Source: Holosporales bacterium
GTDB lineage: Bacteria > Pseudomonadota > Alphaproteobacteria > Paracaedibacterales > CANFPP01
Assembly (NCBI GenBank): GCA_947449005.1
Contig: CANFPP010000005.1
Span: forward strand, 2,880 to 66,879
DNA length: 64,000 nt
Direction: 5' to 3'
Part shown: piece after piece, positions 62,260 to 64,000 of the stretch
Position numbering within the stretch: the first letter of the stretch is position 1
Layout: each line of letters begins with the position of its first letter
The notes under the pieces: generated by a model
Told to the model about the DNA's origin: nothing
The model's input: the letters and a program-made list of their open reading frames with translations, nothing else
The model's database searches: none
Translations under genes and position numbers: made by a program

Positions 62260-63870
62260 ATGCGTTATTTTTTGTTTTTTATAGCTTTTATATTGTGCAC
62301 TTCAGGGCAGACGGTTTACGCAAACAGGGTGCCTGATGATTTTAGAGAAATGTTAAAAAACCCACAATACACAGCAGAAAATGATAGTTTTGTCACACGT
62401 TTAGTGCGACCTTTTGTTCTCGCTCCATCTCAGGACCTTAGTCTTTTTTCAGACCCTAAGCTTGAGCAATGGAATCAAAAATATAGGGAGTGGGATGCCC
62501 ATAGCACTGGGGGTATGAAAGCGTTTGAAATTTTTGAAATGATGGGAGTTTCAAAGCAGGGTATTTCTGCATATCTTGATTCTGCTCAACAGCATAAGGA
62601 TATTGTCACCGCCCAAACACAAGGAATGATCAGCCTTCTAAAGGGAAGCTTGGGATTTAGAGATAGCCCTTGCACGCAAATAGAACGATATATAATGGTG
62701 CGTGAACTCATTAACATGGGTCGATCTATGTCTTCAGATGAAGTGTATGAACAGATTCGAAGCTTCAAACAGGCTTACGATGGCCAACAAGATTCTGCAG
62801 CAAAACAACACATACAGTTATCTATTTTATTTATGTTGTATGGAGCTGAACGTTCAATAAAAATGAATGATTGGTATCTTTCTGGTATAGAAGATCCAGC
62901 TGCTTTACTGGGCTTGATTCGTAACTACGCTAGAGCAGCTCTCAGAGATCCTTCACCAGAAGATGCAGCATATAATAACATACTATTAATAAATGCCTGT
63001 AAAAACGGAGAAGTTGATAAAGTTAAGGCATTGGTAACAATCCAAAATGCGGATGTTAATGCTGTGTTTGGAAGGACTAATCCATTGATTGCAGCGTGTC
63101 AGGCAAGCAATCTCGAGATTGCAGACTTCCTTCTTGAGAATGGTGCAGACCCCAATGGAAAGATTACTATATTAGACAGTTGGGTGGGGCTGGGAGGTAC
63201 AGGTACGAGTGGTATATACAGTCCCACAACAAAAGTAATTGAGGCTGCTTGGAAATCTGGGAGTGAGCCTCTCATCGAACTGCTGCATGCTCATGGCGCA
63301 GAAATCAATAAAAGACTAGTGAGCGCAACAGTCGAAGGCAACAGAAAAGTTATACGCGAATTATTAGATTTAGCTGCCCAAAAAGGGATAACACTAAATG
63401 TAGGATCAGCATTTGTTAATGTTTGCAAACACAATTATTATGATATTGCTGAATTTTTACTCAGAACCGAGAGAGTAGACGCAGACTCAGAACAAAGTGC
63501 ATTTATTGTTGCCTGTCATAACAATATTGAATTTGCTCAAACTTTACTGGCCAGAGGTCATATCGATCAACACGCAAGAAATACTGCATTACTGCGGTTA
63601 TGTGGTGCAACTGAAGATCAAACCAACACAGATAACATACTCTTCTTACTTAGTAATGGCGCAAATCCGAATACATTTTATGATGGTCATGGAGTTTATT
63701 CGCCATTGTGGAGCGCTATCATAAACAGAAATAGACCTTTGGCAATATTACTTATTGGGTGGAGCACGGCAGAAGATATTGCAAAAAATGAGAGCCTAAG
63801 GCGCTTAACTCCGGCTGAGCAAACTTTCTTGGAGGAGGCCATACAAGAAGCGCAGACAAACCTCAAATAA
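62260..63870 (+). CDS. ankyrin-repeat protein with N-terminal signal peptide
   Basis: Signal peptide MRYFLFFIAFILCTSGQTVYA. ANK repeats start from about aa 235 (NNILLINACKNGEVDKVKALV...ADVNA; TNPLIAACQASNLEIADFLLENGADPNG; further degenerate repeats follow). Confidence 0.8.
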   Translation: MRYFLFFIAFILCTSGQTVYANRVPDDFREMLKNPQYTAENDSFVTRLVRPFVLAPSQDLSLFSDPKLEQWNQKYREWDAHSTGGMKAFEIFEMMGVSKQGISAYLDSAQQHKDIVTAQTQGMISLLKGSLGFRDSPCTQIERYIMVRELINMGRSMSSDEVYEQIRSFKQAYDGQQDSAAKQHIQLSILFMLYGAERSIKMNDWYLSGIEDPAALLGLIRNYARAALRDPSPEDAAYNNILLINACKNGEVDKVKALVTIQNADVNAVFGRTNPLIAACQASNLEIADFLLENGADPNGKITILDSWVGLGGTGTSGIYSPTTKVIEAAWKSGSEPLIELLHAHGAEINKRLVSATVEGNRKVIRELLDLAAQKGITLNVGSAFVNVCKHNYYDIAEFLLRTERVDADSEQSAFIVACHNNIEFAQTLLARGHIDQHARNTALLRLCGATEDQTNTDNILFLLSNGANPNTFYDGHGVYSPLWSAIINRNRPLAILLIGWSTAEDIAKNESLRRLTPAEQTFLEEAIQEAQTNLK

Positions 63871-64000
63871 AACCGAACAAGAGAGTGGCATCTGCGCATA
63901 ATTAATTTTTTGCTGTTTTTCCGTTTTTAACATAAGTTAATTATTATGAAAAAAAGCATCTTTGATATTGTGCCTAATTCCAAAAATAACCGCAGCTTAT

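Noticed and set aside
63946-64000. ATG-initiated open frame (MKKSIFDIVPNSKNNRSL) running off the right edge
   Set aside because: Only 18 codons are visible, there is no clear RBS and nothing recognisable. It cannot be supported.

Overview
This 64-kb window looks like chromosome from a low-GC alphaproteobacterium. The lineage call rests on gene content and order: znuCB, mutY, uvrA, dapB, dnaKJ, grpE/hrcA, rph-rdgB-hemW, dnaG-rpoD, atpHAGDC, rplM-rpsI and ctaA. An intracellular or amoeba-associated (Holosporales/Rickettsiales-like) lifestyle is only an inference, drawn from the ankyrin protein, the many secreted ORFans and the scattered gene relics. About two thirds of the window is recognisable housekeeping sequence. 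I saw no rRNA, tRNA, CRISPR array, transposase, integrase or phage genes. The rest is lineage-specific. (1) Between uvrA and dapB there is a paralogue-built block: a small secreted ORF, a decayed copy of the uvrA 3' end, two tandem signal-peptide-bearing FAD-Rossmann (DAO-like) proteins, and a tandem pair of orphan PAS histidine kinases, one of them decayed. A reused upstream module precedes three of these units. (2) Between dnaG and the atp operon there is a three-gene secreted cluster: 482-aa ORFan, beta-lactamase-fold serine hydrolase, 726-aa ORFan. The two ORFans share a roughly 170-aa C-terminal domain. The 726-aa gene is bracketed by perfect 81-bp direct repeats that are exactly the last 26 codons plus stop of the hydrolase gene. 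(3) A tandem proline-iminopeptidase duplicate has been broken apart, with a ridA/PLP-dehydratase pair sitting inside it, followed by a secreted 473-aa ORFan and a signal-peptide ankyrin protein. (4) Two tandem canonical LuxR-type receptors occur with no synthase gene in view. All nine unexplained ORFs start with Sec-type signal peptides. Function calls come from motif recognition by eye and were not checked against any database.
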